Shown here: positions 47,767 through 58,202 of the stretch, piece after piece
How the letters are laid out: each line of letters begins with the position of its first letter
Numbering within the stretch: position 1 is the first letter of the stretch
NCBI GenBank assembly: GCA_046582655.1
Contig: JAYGDX010000141.1
Span: 1-64,000 of the forward strand
Reading direction: 5' to 3'
Source of the DNA: Candidatus Poribacteria bacterium
Lineage (GTDB): Bacteria; Poribacteria; WGA-4E; UBA9662
DNA: 64,000 nt
Position numbers and translations under genes: made by a program
Notes under the pieces: generated by a model
Seen by the model: only the letters and a program-made list of their open reading frames with translations
Database searches by the model: none
Told to the model about the DNA's origin: nothing

Positions 47767-48573
47767 TCATAATGCCTGATTATCCTGGTTATAGTAATCG
47801 TTGTGTTGACCTTGGTGGAAATTGTGTCCCCACACCCCACGGAATGCTGTCTGTCGCCTCGGAGGCATCTGGTCAATCACTTCGGTAGGCAAATTAACTT
47901 TGTGCCATTGAGCTAAATAGCTGTTGTAACAATTGAAAATTGCTCGCCTGTCTTGGCTGCTATCCTTCCACTCTAGGCCATAGTGCCAACAACTTTCGGA
48001 AAAGATCAGAACAGATCCGGGAGGACATGAATAGCTCTCGTACAGCCATGGATCGAACTGCCGGTAATCCTCTGGAACAGGAAAGTTCACTTTATGGGAT
48101 CCGGACATAATCGGTGTGCCACCCTGCCCCTTTTGAACTTCGGTCAGTTCCCAGACAACACGTGTTAGACCTGACCAGATCCGACCGTTTAAAACACGAT
48201 AAGCAAGAGGCCCAACAATCGGACCGCAGTGGGGTGAACTTCCTGACTGACCTGCAGTGCGATACATAGCAAAACTATTCTCGCAACGAAAGCCATAAGA
48301 ATCAGGCCCGGGGTCGGGCGCAATAATTTCGCGCAGGACGCCGACGATAGCGGGGTGATCAATTAATTCCTGAGCCGGGCCAGCCAACGAATATCGTTTA
48401 TATTCAGGTAATGAATCAGTCTCATTTTTGAGTTTGTGCAGATGTTCCCGGCAAGCTTCAATCAATTCTGGTTCTAACACACCGGGCAACAGCACCCAGC
48501 CTTTTAGATCGAAAATAAATTTTTGCTCGTCCGTCATCGGAACGGGATCAGCTGTGGTTGAGATAACATTCAC
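47767..48573 (-). CDS. PhyH-family Fe(II)/2OG enzyme (H-C-G motif)
   Basis: FDLKGWVL, SPHCGP, GGTPIMSGSHK, FSESCWHYG..DRRAIF; GTG 48573 after AAGGAG. Confidence 0.9.
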   Translation of the reverse strand: MNVISTTADPVPMTDEQKFIFDLKGWVLLPGVLEPELIEACREHLHKLKNETDSLPEYKRYSLAGPAQELIDHPAIVGVLREIIAPDPGPDSYGFRCENSFAMYRTAGQSGSSPHCGPIVGPLAYRVLNGRIWSGLTRVVWELTEVQKGQGGTPIMSGSHKVNFPVPEDYRQFDPWLYESYSCPPGSVLIFSESCWHYGLEWKDSSQDRRAIFNCYNSYLAQWHKVNLPTEVIDQMPPRRQTAFRGVWGHNFHQGQHNDYYNQDNQAL

Positions 48574-48665
48574 AATTAACTCCTTAAATAACAAACAATG
48601 ATAAAATTCGGTTAGTATGTCAGTGCTGTGATTTATAACTTTGACAGAACAAAACCTCCCAACAG

Positions 48666-50054
48666 CTAATCTTCAGGACGTTCCCCGTGAGGAGCCATCT
48701 TGACTAGTCTGGGATCAAATCGTGCGATAATTTCCACCAAGTCGGATTGATCTGCCATCACTTTTTCGATGTTTTTATAGACGAAAGGAACCTCGTCCAA
48801 ACCAGCAGATAACAAAGTCACCTTTTTGTCTTCCAGTATCTTCCGTGTATCTTTCCAATTGAGTGTTTTGATAGCTTTCTTTCGGCTCATAACTCGTCCT
48901 GCACCGTGAGCCGCCGAGTTTAGCGATTCCAGATTCCCCTTCCCACGAACCACAAAAGCGGGACTTGCCATTGATCCCGGAATGATGCCAATCGCTCCTT
49001 CACTTGCCGGGGTTGCTCCTTTACGGTGGACAATTACGTCACGCCCATGATGGTGTTCTTTCCAAGCAAAGTTATGATGATTTTCCAGGTCCAGCAGAAT
49101 ATCCGCCCCCAGATGCGCAACTATATGCTGATGAATACAAGCGTGATTGGCAGCAGCGTATTTCCCCATCAGTTCCATGGCAGCCCAATACTCTTGTCCA
49201 ACTTCAGTATCCATATCAAGCCAAGCTAGCTGACGAAGTCTTTTGGGCAACTCGGTGTGTAACTGTTGAGCCAATCTACTATAGTGAGAGGCAACAATAG
49301 CACCAGTACCTCGACTACCGCTATGACTGAGGAGTGCCAGATAAGTTCCTGCCTCCAATCCCAATTCGGCATCATCAATTGTCAAAACTCCAAACTCAAC
49401 AAAATGATTACCGCTACCACTGGTACCTAATTGACTCCAAGCCTTATCTTTATTTTGCTTAGTAATGGGTGAAACTGACCATTCCTCATCCAAAATCTCA
49501 TGCCAACGTCGGTTTTTAAATTTAGAGCCGATCCCAAATCGAGTTTCCTTCTCAATGGAATTGACCAATCGGCTTTTACCACCATTTTGATCTAAAGTTT
49601 CAACAGGCATATCTAAGACCGTCATTTTCACGCGGCAGGCAATATCAACACCAACCGCATATGGAATCACGGCATTATCGGTAGCCAAAACACCACCGAT
49701 CGGTAACCCATAACCTAAATGCGCATCCGGCATCAATGCGCCCACAACTGATACAGGCAACTGGCAGGCATTTTTCATCTGCTGAACAGATTGAGGTTCT
49801 AAATCTTTACCCCACTGCTTGTACGTTGCTAGTGTTTCTGGTGGGATATAAGTATCTTTTACCAAGACCTCCGCCAGTTTGCCATAGGTTTGATTGTCGC
49901 TGTGCGCAGCCGGATTTGCTGCAATACCCGACAAGATAATTCGTATTTGCTTTTGATCGTGTCCCTGTGAGGCCAGATACCCAATAAGTTGGTAGGCACG
50001 TTTGGTGGGTTCCCCCTTGGGAATTCCAATTTTCTTTAATTCTCTTGTTTTCAT
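48666..50054 (-). CDS. rtcB: RtcB-family RNA 3'-phosphate/5'-OH ligase
   Basis: MPDAHLGYG, VGVDIAC, GNHFVE, HSGSRG, HHNFA, HRKGAT, HGAGR. Confidence 0.96.
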   Translation of the reverse strand: MKTRELKKIGIPKGEPTKRAYQLIGYLASQGHDQKQIRIILSGIAANPAAHSDNQTYGKLAEVLVKDTYIPPETLATYKQWGKDLEPQSVQQMKNACQLPVSVVGALMPDAHLGYGLPIGGVLATDNAVIPYAVGVDIACRVKMTVLDMPVETLDQNGGKSRLVNSIEKETRFGIGSKFKNRRWHEILDEEWSVSPITKQNKDKAWSQLGTSGSGNHFVEFGVLTIDDAELGLEAGTYLALLSHSGSRGTGAIVASHYSRLAQQLHTELPKRLRQLAWLDMDTEVGQEYWAAMELMGKYAAANHACIHQHIVAHLGADILLDLENHHNFAWKEHHHGRDVIVHRKGATPASEGAIGIIPGSMASPAFVVRGKGNLESLNSAAHGAGRVMSRKKAIKTLNWKDTRKILEDKKVTLLSAGLDEVPFVYKNIEKVMADQSDLVEIIARFDPRLVKMAPHGERPED

Positions 50055-50075
50055 GGTTTTACCACCAGATTAGAT

Positions 50076-50945
50076 CTATACCCAAGTCTCTATCAGCTTG
50101 GCAATAGCGATGCCATACTCTCCAGCTATAGAGTAAAGCAGATATATGTCATCCCCTTCACGATAAATACAGGGATCTCGCAATTGGCGGACTCTGTTCT
50201 CAATTTTTCCGCTCTCGGAGGGTTTCAAGACAAGATCTGCACCTTCGTATGCTGTCTCTGGTTCCAAAACTGTTTCAGCCGGACTAGGTTGCCAATCCAT
50301 CCAATCCGGTGTTAAATCAATTGTTGAACAGAGGATTCTTTCAGGACAGTCCAACTTATTGCTATAGAAAACCGTCAGTCGGCTGCCGTCCAACTGAATA
50401 GCAGAATGACGCATATTTTCAGAGAACAAGGTTGGCCCCAGCTGAAAGTTTGTCCGACCATTCTGTGATCGATAAAAAACACCTGGCATGGCCAACGCAT
50501 ACACATAATCATTCCACCAGAAGACTTTGAAGTAAGAGTTTCCGAGATTTTCTGGGAAAGCGGTAAAATGAATACCATCTTTCGAAACAGCAACCTTAGA
50601 TTGTTGGTTTTCGGCATCGTGTACAGGGCCATGATAGTACATGATGATCTCCTGACTGGCGTAATCAATATGTACATCAGGCGAAGCCAGATGCCTTTGG
50701 CAGAAAGAATCTTCCAACTTCAACGTGCCAAGTTCATAGGTCTGCCAATCCGCTGTCAGTTCATCGGCATACGCTAAACGAATATATTTGCCGTTATGGC
50801 ATGCAAAGTATAAGTAATACCTCCCTAAAGGTTTCTCCACCCATTCAGGTACTTGGATCAATGAAGGGCCATTAATATTACGGCCCATTCTTTCATCCAT
50901 ATAGGGAACAATAATAGGATTATTTTCTAGACGCTCAACACGCAT
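50076..50945 (-). CDS. Five-bladed beta-propeller glycosidase-like protein
   Basis: NINGPSLI..YYLYFA, HLASPDVH, VAVSKDGIHF, QLRDPCIY. Confidence 0.78.
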   Translation of the reverse strand: MRVERLENNPIIVPYMDERMGRNINGPSLIQVPEWVEKPLGRYYLYFACHNGKYIRLAYADELTADWQTYELGTLKLEDSFCQRHLASPDVHIDYASQEIIMYYHGPVHDAENQQSKVAVSKDGIHFTAFPENLGNSYFKVFWWNDYVYALAMPGVFYRSQNGRTNFQLGPTLFSENMRHSAIQLDGSRLTVFYSNKLDCPERILCSTIDLTPDWMDWQPSPAETVLEPETAYEGADLVLKPSESGKIENRVRQLRDPCIYREGDDIYLLYSIAGEYGIAIAKLIETWV

Positions 50946-51047
50946 ATGTATCTAAAATCAGGAAGTGGATTCCGACGGAGGATTTCTGCTCCTTATTAAT
51001 TTGCCGTTGAGGTGATAATACCACCGAATATACAAATAAGTTTTAAG

Positions 51048-52514
51048 CTAATTCCGGCTATGTCCCTGGGTCTGGTATTTTTCAAGCAGCTTTGTCAATC
51101 GCTCGACAGTTTCCGGCTGTTCCAAGTAAAGATTATTGGTTTCGCTGGGATCATCATCAAGATTATAAAGTTGGCCTTCGGGACCGCCTGGAGACGGCGA
51201 GACAGTCCGTGGTGAACTGAACCCACCAGAACCAAGTCCTTGAATCAATTTCCATGCCCCTTGACGAATAGCGAACATTCCGCTTACTGAGTGGTTAACG
51301 ATAGCATCCCGTATTGGTTGATCTAATTGATGGTCAACCAACACAGGTAAAATGTTGACACTGTCTTCACCCGCATTTTCAGGTAAGTCTTCACCAACAA
51401 TTCCAACGACCGTTGCCATCAAATCAGTTAAGCAGATAGTCTGATCACTTACTGTTCCGGCTTCAATTTGTTCCGGCCAGCGAGCAATAAACGGAATACG
51501 GTGTCCACCTTCCCAAATGTCAGCTTTCTGACCACGCAAATGCAGATTTGAACGATGATCAAATTGTTCAATATCATTTTGATACCAATGAGAGCCGTTA
51601 TCACTAGCGAGAATAATGAGTGTGTTTTCAGCCAGATTGTGTTGATCCAGCGCATCCATAATCTGCCCAACCGACCAATCCACCTGTGCGGTGAAGTCAC
51701 CATAGTACCCAGCCCCACTCTTGTCCAAAAATTCTTTGGTTGGCACCCAAGGAGTATGTGGAGCCGTCAATGGGAAATACAGAAAAAACGGATTTTCCGG
51801 CACCTCTTTGGCATTTTTTTGGATGAACTCTACCGACTTTTGCGTAATGATGGGTAGAACATCAACATGCTTGAAGCTAGGTGCGATTGACCCTCCACGC
51901 CAAAATCCTCCACCATTCTGACGACGATGTGCACTCCCTTCTATCATTCCAGTAGCCAGTTCTACGGGACGGTCATTTTCGATAAAGACGTACGGGTCCA
52001 TATCTAAGGAGGCGGGGATACCATAAAAATAGTCAAATCCGAACGTAACCGGCCCAGGGTGTAACGGTTGATCATAATCGATCTGATGCTTCCGATCAAC
52101 AGGATCACCGTTTTGGAACCCAAGATGCCATTTGCCAACACATCCGGTCGCATAACCATGTTGTTTAAGCACGGAAGCAACCGTCATCCTATCTTCTTCA
52201 ATCAGACTCGCGGAATATCCCCAAAGAACGCCATTCTTCAATCGGGAACGCCAAGCGTATCGACCGGTAAGAACACCGTATCGCGTTGGAGAACAAACCG
52301 CAGATGGCGAGTGGGCGTCGGTAAAACGCATCCCTCGTGACGCCAACCGGTCCATATTAGGGGTTGGAATCTTTGAATCCGGATTATAACAACCCAAGTC
52401 TCCATATCCCATATCATCCGCTAGAATAAATACAATGTTCGGTTGAGCAGGTATGTTATTATTAGTGAATGTTTGCGAACTCACAGCTAACATCGTAGAT
52501 AATAAGGTCATCAT
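51048..52514 (-). CDS. Arylsulfatase (Cys-type, secreted)
   Basis: PNIVFILADDMGYGD, VCSPTRYGVLTGR, GKWHLG, APHTP, SDNG. Confidence 0.95.
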   Translation of the reverse strand: MMTLLSTMLAVSSQTFTNNNIPAQPNIVFILADDMGYGDLGCYNPDSKIPTPNMDRLASRGMRFTDAHSPSAVCSPTRYGVLTGRYAWRSRLKNGVLWGYSASLIEEDRMTVASVLKQHGYATGCVGKWHLGFQNGDPVDRKHQIDYDQPLHPGPVTFGFDYFYGIPASLDMDPYVFIENDRPVELATGMIEGSAHRRQNGGGFWRGGSIAPSFKHVDVLPIITQKSVEFIQKNAKEVPENPFFLYFPLTAPHTPWVPTKEFLDKSGAGYYGDFTAQVDWSVGQIMDALDQHNLAENTLIILASDNGSHWYQNDIEQFDHRSNLHLRGQKADIWEGGHRIPFIARWPEQIEAGTVSDQTICLTDLMATVVGIVGEDLPENAGEDSVNILPVLVDHQLDQPIRDAIVNHSVSGMFAIRQGAWKLIQGLGSGGFSSPRTVSPSPGGPEGQLYNLDDDPSETNNLYLEQPETVERLTKLLEKYQTQGHSRN

Positions 52515-52752
52515 GATTATCCTGAGTTGTGCTCTCTAATTAAAGTATAAAAAAACGATTATGGTAACAGATAAAACAGTATTATTATAACAAAACCGAG
52601 ACAAATAATCTATGTCAGCTTTTCTAAATTGTAAGTATGAAGTATTTGAGAAATTTAGGTGCGTTCTCAGACACCCGGATTAAGATGTTAAAAGACGTTA
52701 TCCTAAGAAAAACTGAAGTAGTTAAATCCATAGACCTAGCACTGGAGAACCT

Positions 52753-53844
52753 ATGAACGCGATTGGCCATCAAATCCACGAATTAGACACACCTGTCCTC
52801 TGGGTGGATTTAGAGATTATGGAAAGAAACATTCAATTGTTGGCAGACTTTTTTAGTGCTGCTGGTGTTGACTGGCGTCCACACACCAAGGGAATTAAGG
52901 TGCCGGCAATCGCACATAAAGCTATCGAAGCCGGAGCAATAGGTGTTACCTGCGCGAAGCTAAGTGAAGCCGAGGTTATGGCATATGCGGGAATTAAAGA
53001 TATCCTAATCGCCAATCAGGTCATAGGTACTAAGAAGATTCAACGACTGGCTAACTTATGCCGTCAAGTTAATATCAAGATCGCCGTGGACAACGAATTG
53101 AACATTGCTGAACTCGGACAGATCGCCACACAGTTTGATACCGAAATCGACGTGCTGGTTGAAGTTAATACGGGTATGGATCGTGCTGGTGTTCCTCCAG
53201 GACCAGAGACAGTCAGAATATCCCAGCTTATCACAGAAACAGCGGGACTTTGTTATAAAGGACTCATGGCTTGGGAAGGACATGCAGTCGGAATTGAAGA
53301 TCCGCAGTTAAAAAGGGAAACTGTTGAGGCGGCAGTAAGCATCCTCAAGGAGACAACCGAAATGTGCCAAGAAGCAGGATTATCGGTTGAGATTGTCAGT
53401 GGAGGTGGAAGCGGCACCTACAAAATCACCTCGCACTTATCGGGGATTACTGAAATTCAAGCTGGCGGTGCACTGTTTTGCGATATGTCGTATCAAAAAT
53501 GGGGAGTTGACACTCAGCCTTCTATTTTCGTCAGAAGTTTGGTAACCAGCCGACCCAATCCAAAACGGATCATCTTCGATGCGGGCTTCAAAGCGTTGCC
53601 AGCTTGGGGAGAAAGAATGCCAACACCAATTGGCATATCTGGGTTTGAATCATTTAAGGCCTCTGCCGAACATGGTGTCGTAATGTTAAATGCGCCAGAA
53701 AACAAAATTCAGATTGGTGAGACATTTGACTTCATGCTTGGCTACGGGGACTCAACTGTCTTCCTACACGATATGCTGTACGGAGTTCGTCAGAATGTCG
53801 TCGAAGTTGCATGGTTAATTCATGGGCGTGGTAAAATCCATTAA
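52753..53844 (+). CDS. DSD1-family fold-type III PLP enzyme (D-threonine aldolase-like)
   Basis: LDTPVL, WRPHTK (PLP Lys), CAKLSEAE, WEGH, SGGGSGT, DAGFK, SAEHG. Confidence 0.9.
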   Translation: MNAIGHQIHELDTPVLWVDLEIMERNIQLLADFFSAAGVDWRPHTKGIKVPAIAHKAIEAGAIGVTCAKLSEAEVMAYAGIKDILIANQVIGTKKIQRLANLCRQVNIKIAVDNELNIAELGQIATQFDTEIDVLVEVNTGMDRAGVPPGPETVRISQLITETAGLCYKGLMAWEGHAVGIEDPQLKRETVEAAVSILKETTEMCQEAGLSVEIVSGGGSGTYKITSHLSGITEIQAGGALFCDMSYQKWGVDTQPSIFVRSLVTSRPNPKRIIFDAGFKALPAWGERMPTPIGISGFESFKASAEHGVVMLNAPENKIQIGETFDFMLGYGDSTVFLHDMLYGVRQNVVEVAWLIHGRGKIH

Positions 53845-53848
53845 ACTG

Positions 53849-54649
53849 CTAAATTTGAGAATTCCCTGTTCTAGCTTGCTGAACCATCTCAACTAGAACC
53901 TTTCTGACTTCGGCAGCGTTTCGTACTTGGCGGATAAAGTTCAACCTGATTCCCTGTAGCTGACCATCCTGTGTTAACTCAAGGTTAAACCCAAGCTGAT
54001 CCACCGCTGTCATCCTGATTTGGTCACCCGAATGATTACCGAAATGCTGTGATAACAGTGCCAATGCATCTGTGTGATCTTCGTTCATGTGCTGGATGAT
54101 TTCAGGAGCAATATCAGCCAGTGAATCGACTTCCGCTTGCTGATATTCTTCCTCTGTAACCCATCCCATTACACCAAATCCACCCACGAAATAGAGGGCT
54201 ATAATCTTCATACGGTAGAAAGCAAAATCACCAAAATCGACCCAGTATCTTGCTTCTTGATGTTGGTTGAGATAACTTTCTCTTATCACTGCCAGATCTT
54301 CCTCAGCAACTTGAGTGATTTCACCCATAATGGTAACCCTTGCCTTTCTCAATGGATCCTCATCTGCAGCTGCCTCTATAATAAGTAGACTGGCTTTCGG
54401 ATTATGCCGAAGGTTTTGGGTATGGATTGCCATGGTGCTAATTAGGAATGTTGGATTACCCGTTTGATCTAAACCGTAAGGCATTACCGATCCAAAAGGC
54501 CAACCCGAATGTTTTTCAGACAGCGTCGACAGGCTGCCGACTTGTTGGAGATGAATCAGCGTTCGCACACGTTCAGCATAAGAGAGCTCCAATATCTGAT
54601 GTTGTGTGGAGCTACTTTCCTGACGATTATCTGGAGTTTCACCAGACAT
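53849..54649 (-). CDS. HugZ-like split-barrel heme-utilisation protein with DUF2470 domain
   Basis: GWPFGSVMPY, ISTMAIHTQNL..PKASL, YFVGGFG, IIQHMNEDH. Confidence 0.88.
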   Translation of the reverse strand: MSGETPDNRQESSSTQHQILELSYAERVRTLIHLQQVGSLSTLSEKHSGWPFGSVMPYGLDQTGNPTFLISTMAIHTQNLRHNPKASLLIIEAAADEDPLRKARVTIMGEITQVAEEDLAVIRESYLNQHQEARYWVDFGDFAFYRMKIIALYFVGGFGVMGWVTEEEYQQAEVDSLADIAPEIIQHMNEDHTDALALLSQHFGNHSGDQIRMTAVDQLGFNLELTQDGQLQGIRLNFIRQVRNAAEVRKVLVEMVQQARTGNSQI

Positions 54650-54688
54650 TTCCAAACCCCCTATGTATGATTAATTGATAAATATTCC

Positions 54689-56536
54689 TCATTTTAAATT
54701 GCGTTTCCTTTCATCCAATCCAGCCGCTAACTCCGGGTCGATCCACCAAGTATCCATACCAAGGCTATACTGTGGCCGTACCGCAGGCATACGAAACTTA
54801 TCCCAATACAGAATGCGGTAAGCGGCAATGTGCCAATGTGGAATCACATAGTGGTTGTGTAATAGTACCCGATCAAGCACTCGGGTACGAATAATGAGAC
54901 TTTGACGATCCGGTGAGGAAATAATTAGATCAATCAACTCATCAATTACTGGATCTTTGATGCCCGCAAGGTTTCTGGTTCCGTTGAGATCCGCTGCTTT
55001 CGAACTCCAGAAATCACGTTGCTCGTTTCCTGGAGAGAGGGATTGCCCCCAATTAGCAACCACCATGTCAAAATCATAACTATCCGTTCGGTTCTGGTAC
55101 TGTGACGTATCTACAGTATTGACGTTTGCTTGTATCCCCAGTTTCTCCAGATTTTTTGTGAAAGGCAGCACTATTCTTTCGAATTCCGGCGAAACAAGAA
55201 GAATTTCGAAACTCATAACTTCCCCTGTTGCTGTGTTAGTCAGTTCTCCATCCTGGACTTCCCATTTTGCCTCTTTCAGGAGACGAAGTGCTGTTCGTAT
55301 ATTGCCTCGGATGTTACCGGAGCCATCCGTCTGAGATAACGAAAAGACCTGATTAAAAACCTGATCCGGCATCTGCCCCCGATACTGATCCAAAATACGC
55401 AATTCCTCTTGACTTGGCAACCCACTGGAAGCCAGTTCAGAATTGGAAAAATAACTGAAGGTGCGCATGTAAGAACCGTAGAAAAGATTTTTATTTGTCC
55501 ACTCAAAATCGAAAGCATAACCGAGGGCTTGACGGACTTTTCGGTCTTTGAATATTTTGCGTCTAGTATTAAAGACAAAGGCTTGCATTCCTTGCGGATT
55601 GTCATGCGCTATCTTTTCCTTAACAATGACGCCTTGTTCAACAACTGGAATGTTGTAACCAGTAGCCCATTCCTTAGCTGTTCTTTCAAACAAAAAATCA
55701 ATTGCACCCGCTTTGAATGCTTCTCTTTCAATATTTCGATCCCTGTAATAATCATAGTGGATGATGTCAAAATTATGCCGTCCAACATTTACTGGCAATT
55801 CATTTCCCCAATAGTTTGGGTTCCGTTGATAAGTAATGGAACGACCGGCATCTAAGCTTTTTATCTTATAAGGGCCGCTACCAACTGGTGGTTCAAGCGT
55901 AGTTGACTCAAAATCGCGTTCCTGCCAATAATGTTTAGGTAGTATCGGCATCTGTCCGGTAATCAAGGGTAACTCTGGATTCGGCGGTCCACTGAAAGTA
56001 AACTTAACTTTTCGATCACCCACCTTCTCCACACTAGCTAAGTTAGCATAGTAAGAACGATAAAAAGGATGCCCTTTCGCTTTGAGCGTTTCCAGTGACC
56101 AGATTACATCCTCCACAGTCACTGGCTGTCCATCGTGCCATTTGGCCTCGGAACGTAAGGTGAAGGCCACCCAGGATCTATCTTTTGGCCATTCAATACT
56201 TTCAGCTAACAAACAATATTCGGTGAAAGCCTCATCATATGAATTGGTCATTAAGGTCTCGAAGAGATTTCCAAGACCTGCGGCCGATCTGCCTTTTAAA
56301 ATAAAATGATTCAGATTGTCGTAACTGCCAAATGCGCCTTCGACAATTTTACCTCCCTTAGATGCAGTAGGATTCACATAATCAAAATGTGGGAAATCCG
56401 AACCGTACTTGGAATCCCCATGCATGGCAAGTCCATGCGCTCGGTATATTTCTTGGCTTAATACCACCTGATAATGGATGATAGAAGATAGCAACACTGC
56501 CAGGACAAAAAATGCTTTTTTCATTTGAACTCCCAT
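54689..56536 (-). CDS. yejA: YejA-like peptide ABC transporter substrate-binding protein
   Basis: HGLAMHGDSKY..HFDYVNP.A.KGG, GSGPYKI, SLSPGNEQRDFW. Confidence 0.9.
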   Translation of the reverse strand: MGVQMKKAFFVLAVLLSSIIHYQVVLSQEIYRAHGLAMHGDSKYGSDFPHFDYVNPTASKGGKIVEGAFGSYDNLNHFILKGRSAAGLGNLFETLMTNSYDEAFTEYCLLAESIEWPKDRSWVAFTLRSEAKWHDGQPVTVEDVIWSLETLKAKGHPFYRSYYANLASVEKVGDRKVKFTFSGPPNPELPLITGQMPILPKHYWQERDFESTTLEPPVGSGPYKIKSLDAGRSITYQRNPNYWGNELPVNVGRHNFDIIHYDYYRDRNIEREAFKAGAIDFLFERTAKEWATGYNIPVVEQGVIVKEKIAHDNPQGMQAFVFNTRRKIFKDRKVRQALGYAFDFEWTNKNLFYGSYMRTFSYFSNSELASSGLPSQEELRILDQYRGQMPDQVFNQVFSLSQTDGSGNIRGNIRTALRLLKEAKWEVQDGELTNTATGEVMSFEILLVSPEFERIVLPFTKNLEKLGIQANVNTVDTSQYQNRTDSYDFDMVVANWGQSLSPGNEQRDFWSSKAADLNGTRNLAGIKDPVIDELIDLIISSPDRQSLIIRTRVLDRVLLHNHYVIPHWHIAAYRILYWDKFRMPAVRPQYSLGMDTWWIDPELAAGLDERKRNLK

Positions 56537-56564
56537 AAATGAGTAACTTGACTACATTTGAATT

Positions 56565-58199
56565 TTATGTGTTTTGTGTTTCTGATACAGTTTCAAGATC
56601 AAAGGCAGCGGTAATAAGTGACCTAGTATAATCGTCTTGTGGGTCTTCAAAGATTGATTCGACTGCACCCCGCTCAACCACTTTTCCATCCCGCATAACG
56701 ATTACTTGATCCGCCATAGCACGAACAACCTTTAGATCATGGCTGATAAAAATGTAAGATAGATCATGTTCCCACTGAAGTCGTTGTAACAAATCGATGA
56801 TTTGTGATTGTACACTCACATCCAGTGAAGAGGTGGGTTCATCAAGTACGATCAATCTTGGCTTTAACACAATAGCTCGAGCAATAGCAACCCGTTGCCT
56901 TTGTCCGCCAGAAAATTCGTGAGGGTACCGGTCTTTAATTTTGGGATCTAGACCCACATCCTCTAAGACACTAATAATCATCTCTTCACGTTCCTCTCTA
57001 TTTTTGGCAATACCGTGCACTTTCATCCCTTCTTCGACAATTTGTCCAACTGACATCCGGGGGTTTAGACTACCGAAAGGATCCTGAAAGATTATCTGCA
57101 TTTCACGTCGCAGCGGTCGAAGATCATGAAACTTAAGCCCTTGAATTCCCTGATCTCTGAACTGAATTTTACCTTCGGATGAGATCAGTCTCAGCAAGGA
57201 TAATCCAAGTGTCGTCTTACCCGAACCAGATTCACCAACAACACCCAGCGTTTGTCCCTTGCAGACAGTTATTGTAACACCATCAACAGCTTTTACATAG
57301 TCATGAATGCGACGAAAAATCCCCTTTTTTATCGGATACCAGACGCGAAGATTGTCAGCATGAATCAAGGGTTCCGAAGTTGGGTGAGACTGTTCAGCTC
57401 TTTTGGGTTCAGATTGCAGGAGATGTTTGGTATATTCATGAGACGGTTGATCAAATATCCTCGTAACAGCCCCTTGCTCTACAATCTGACCATTATTCAT
57501 TACACACACACGATTGGCCACCTTTTTAACCACTGCCAGATCATGGGTAATGAACAGCATTGCCATTTTGAATTGATCTTGCAAATCCTTTAACAGCTTA
57601 AGAATTTTCGCCTGAATTGTAACATCTAATGCGGTCGTCGGCTCATCGGCAATGAGCAGATCAGGCTCATTGGCTAGGGCCATGGCTATCATCACACGTT
57701 GCCTCTGCCCGCCGGATAACTCATGTGGGAAGGCGTTAAGCCTTTGGCTCACTTGTTCCATCCCAACAAGATGGAGCAACTCGAGGGTACGCTGACGTGA
57801 AGATTCTTTAGAGAGACCTTTGTGAATTAACAATGTTTCACCCACTTGCTTTCCAATTGAGTGCAAGGGATTTAAAGAGGTCATGGGTTCTTGAAAGATC
57901 ATGGAAATCCGGTTTCCACGGACAGAACTCAGTACCGACAAAGATCCACCAACCAGTTCCTGATCTTCCAGAAGAATACTGCCACTGGGATGGGAAGCGG
58001 CAGGATACGGCAACAACTGCAGAATACTCAGAGCGGTCACGGATTTACCGGATCCAGATTCCCCAACAAGCGCTACAGTCTCACCTCGATTGACAGTAAA
58101 CGAAACATTTCGTGCGGCATGAACTATCCCCGCCTCAGTGCGAAAATCAACTGATAAATTTTCAACTTTCAACATTGTAGAGGCTATTTCCACAGACAC
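56565..58199 (-). CDS. yejF: YejF-like double ABC ATPase
   Basis: Two GESGSGK Walker A motifs, two SGGQRQR signatures, DEPT. Confidence 0.92.
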   Translation of the reverse strand: MSVEIASTMLKVENLSVDFRTEAGIVHAARNVSFTVNRGETVALVGESGSGKSVTALSILQLLPYPAASHPSGSILLEDQELVGGSLSVLSSVRGNRISMIFQEPMTSLNPLHSIGKQVGETLLIHKGLSKESSRQRTLELLHLVGMEQVSQRLNAFPHELSGGQRQRVMIAMALANEPDLLIADEPTTALDVTIQAKILKLLKDLQDQFKMAMLFITHDLAVVKKVANRVCVMNNGQIVEQGAVTRIFDQPSHEYTKHLLQSEPKRAEQSHPTSEPLIHADNLRVWYPIKKGIFRRIHDYVKAVDGVTITVCKGQTLGVVGESGSGKTTLGLSLLRLISSEGKIQFRDQGIQGLKFHDLRPLRREMQIIFQDPFGSLNPRMSVGQIVEEGMKVHGIAKNREEREEMIISVLEDVGLDPKIKDRYPHEFSGGQRQRVAIARAIVLKPRLIVLDEPTSSLDVSVQSQIIDLLQRLQWEHDLSYIFISHDLKVVRAMADQVIVMRDGKVVERGAVESIFEDPQDDYTRSLITAAFDLETVSETQNT

Positions 58200-58202
58200 A
58201 AA

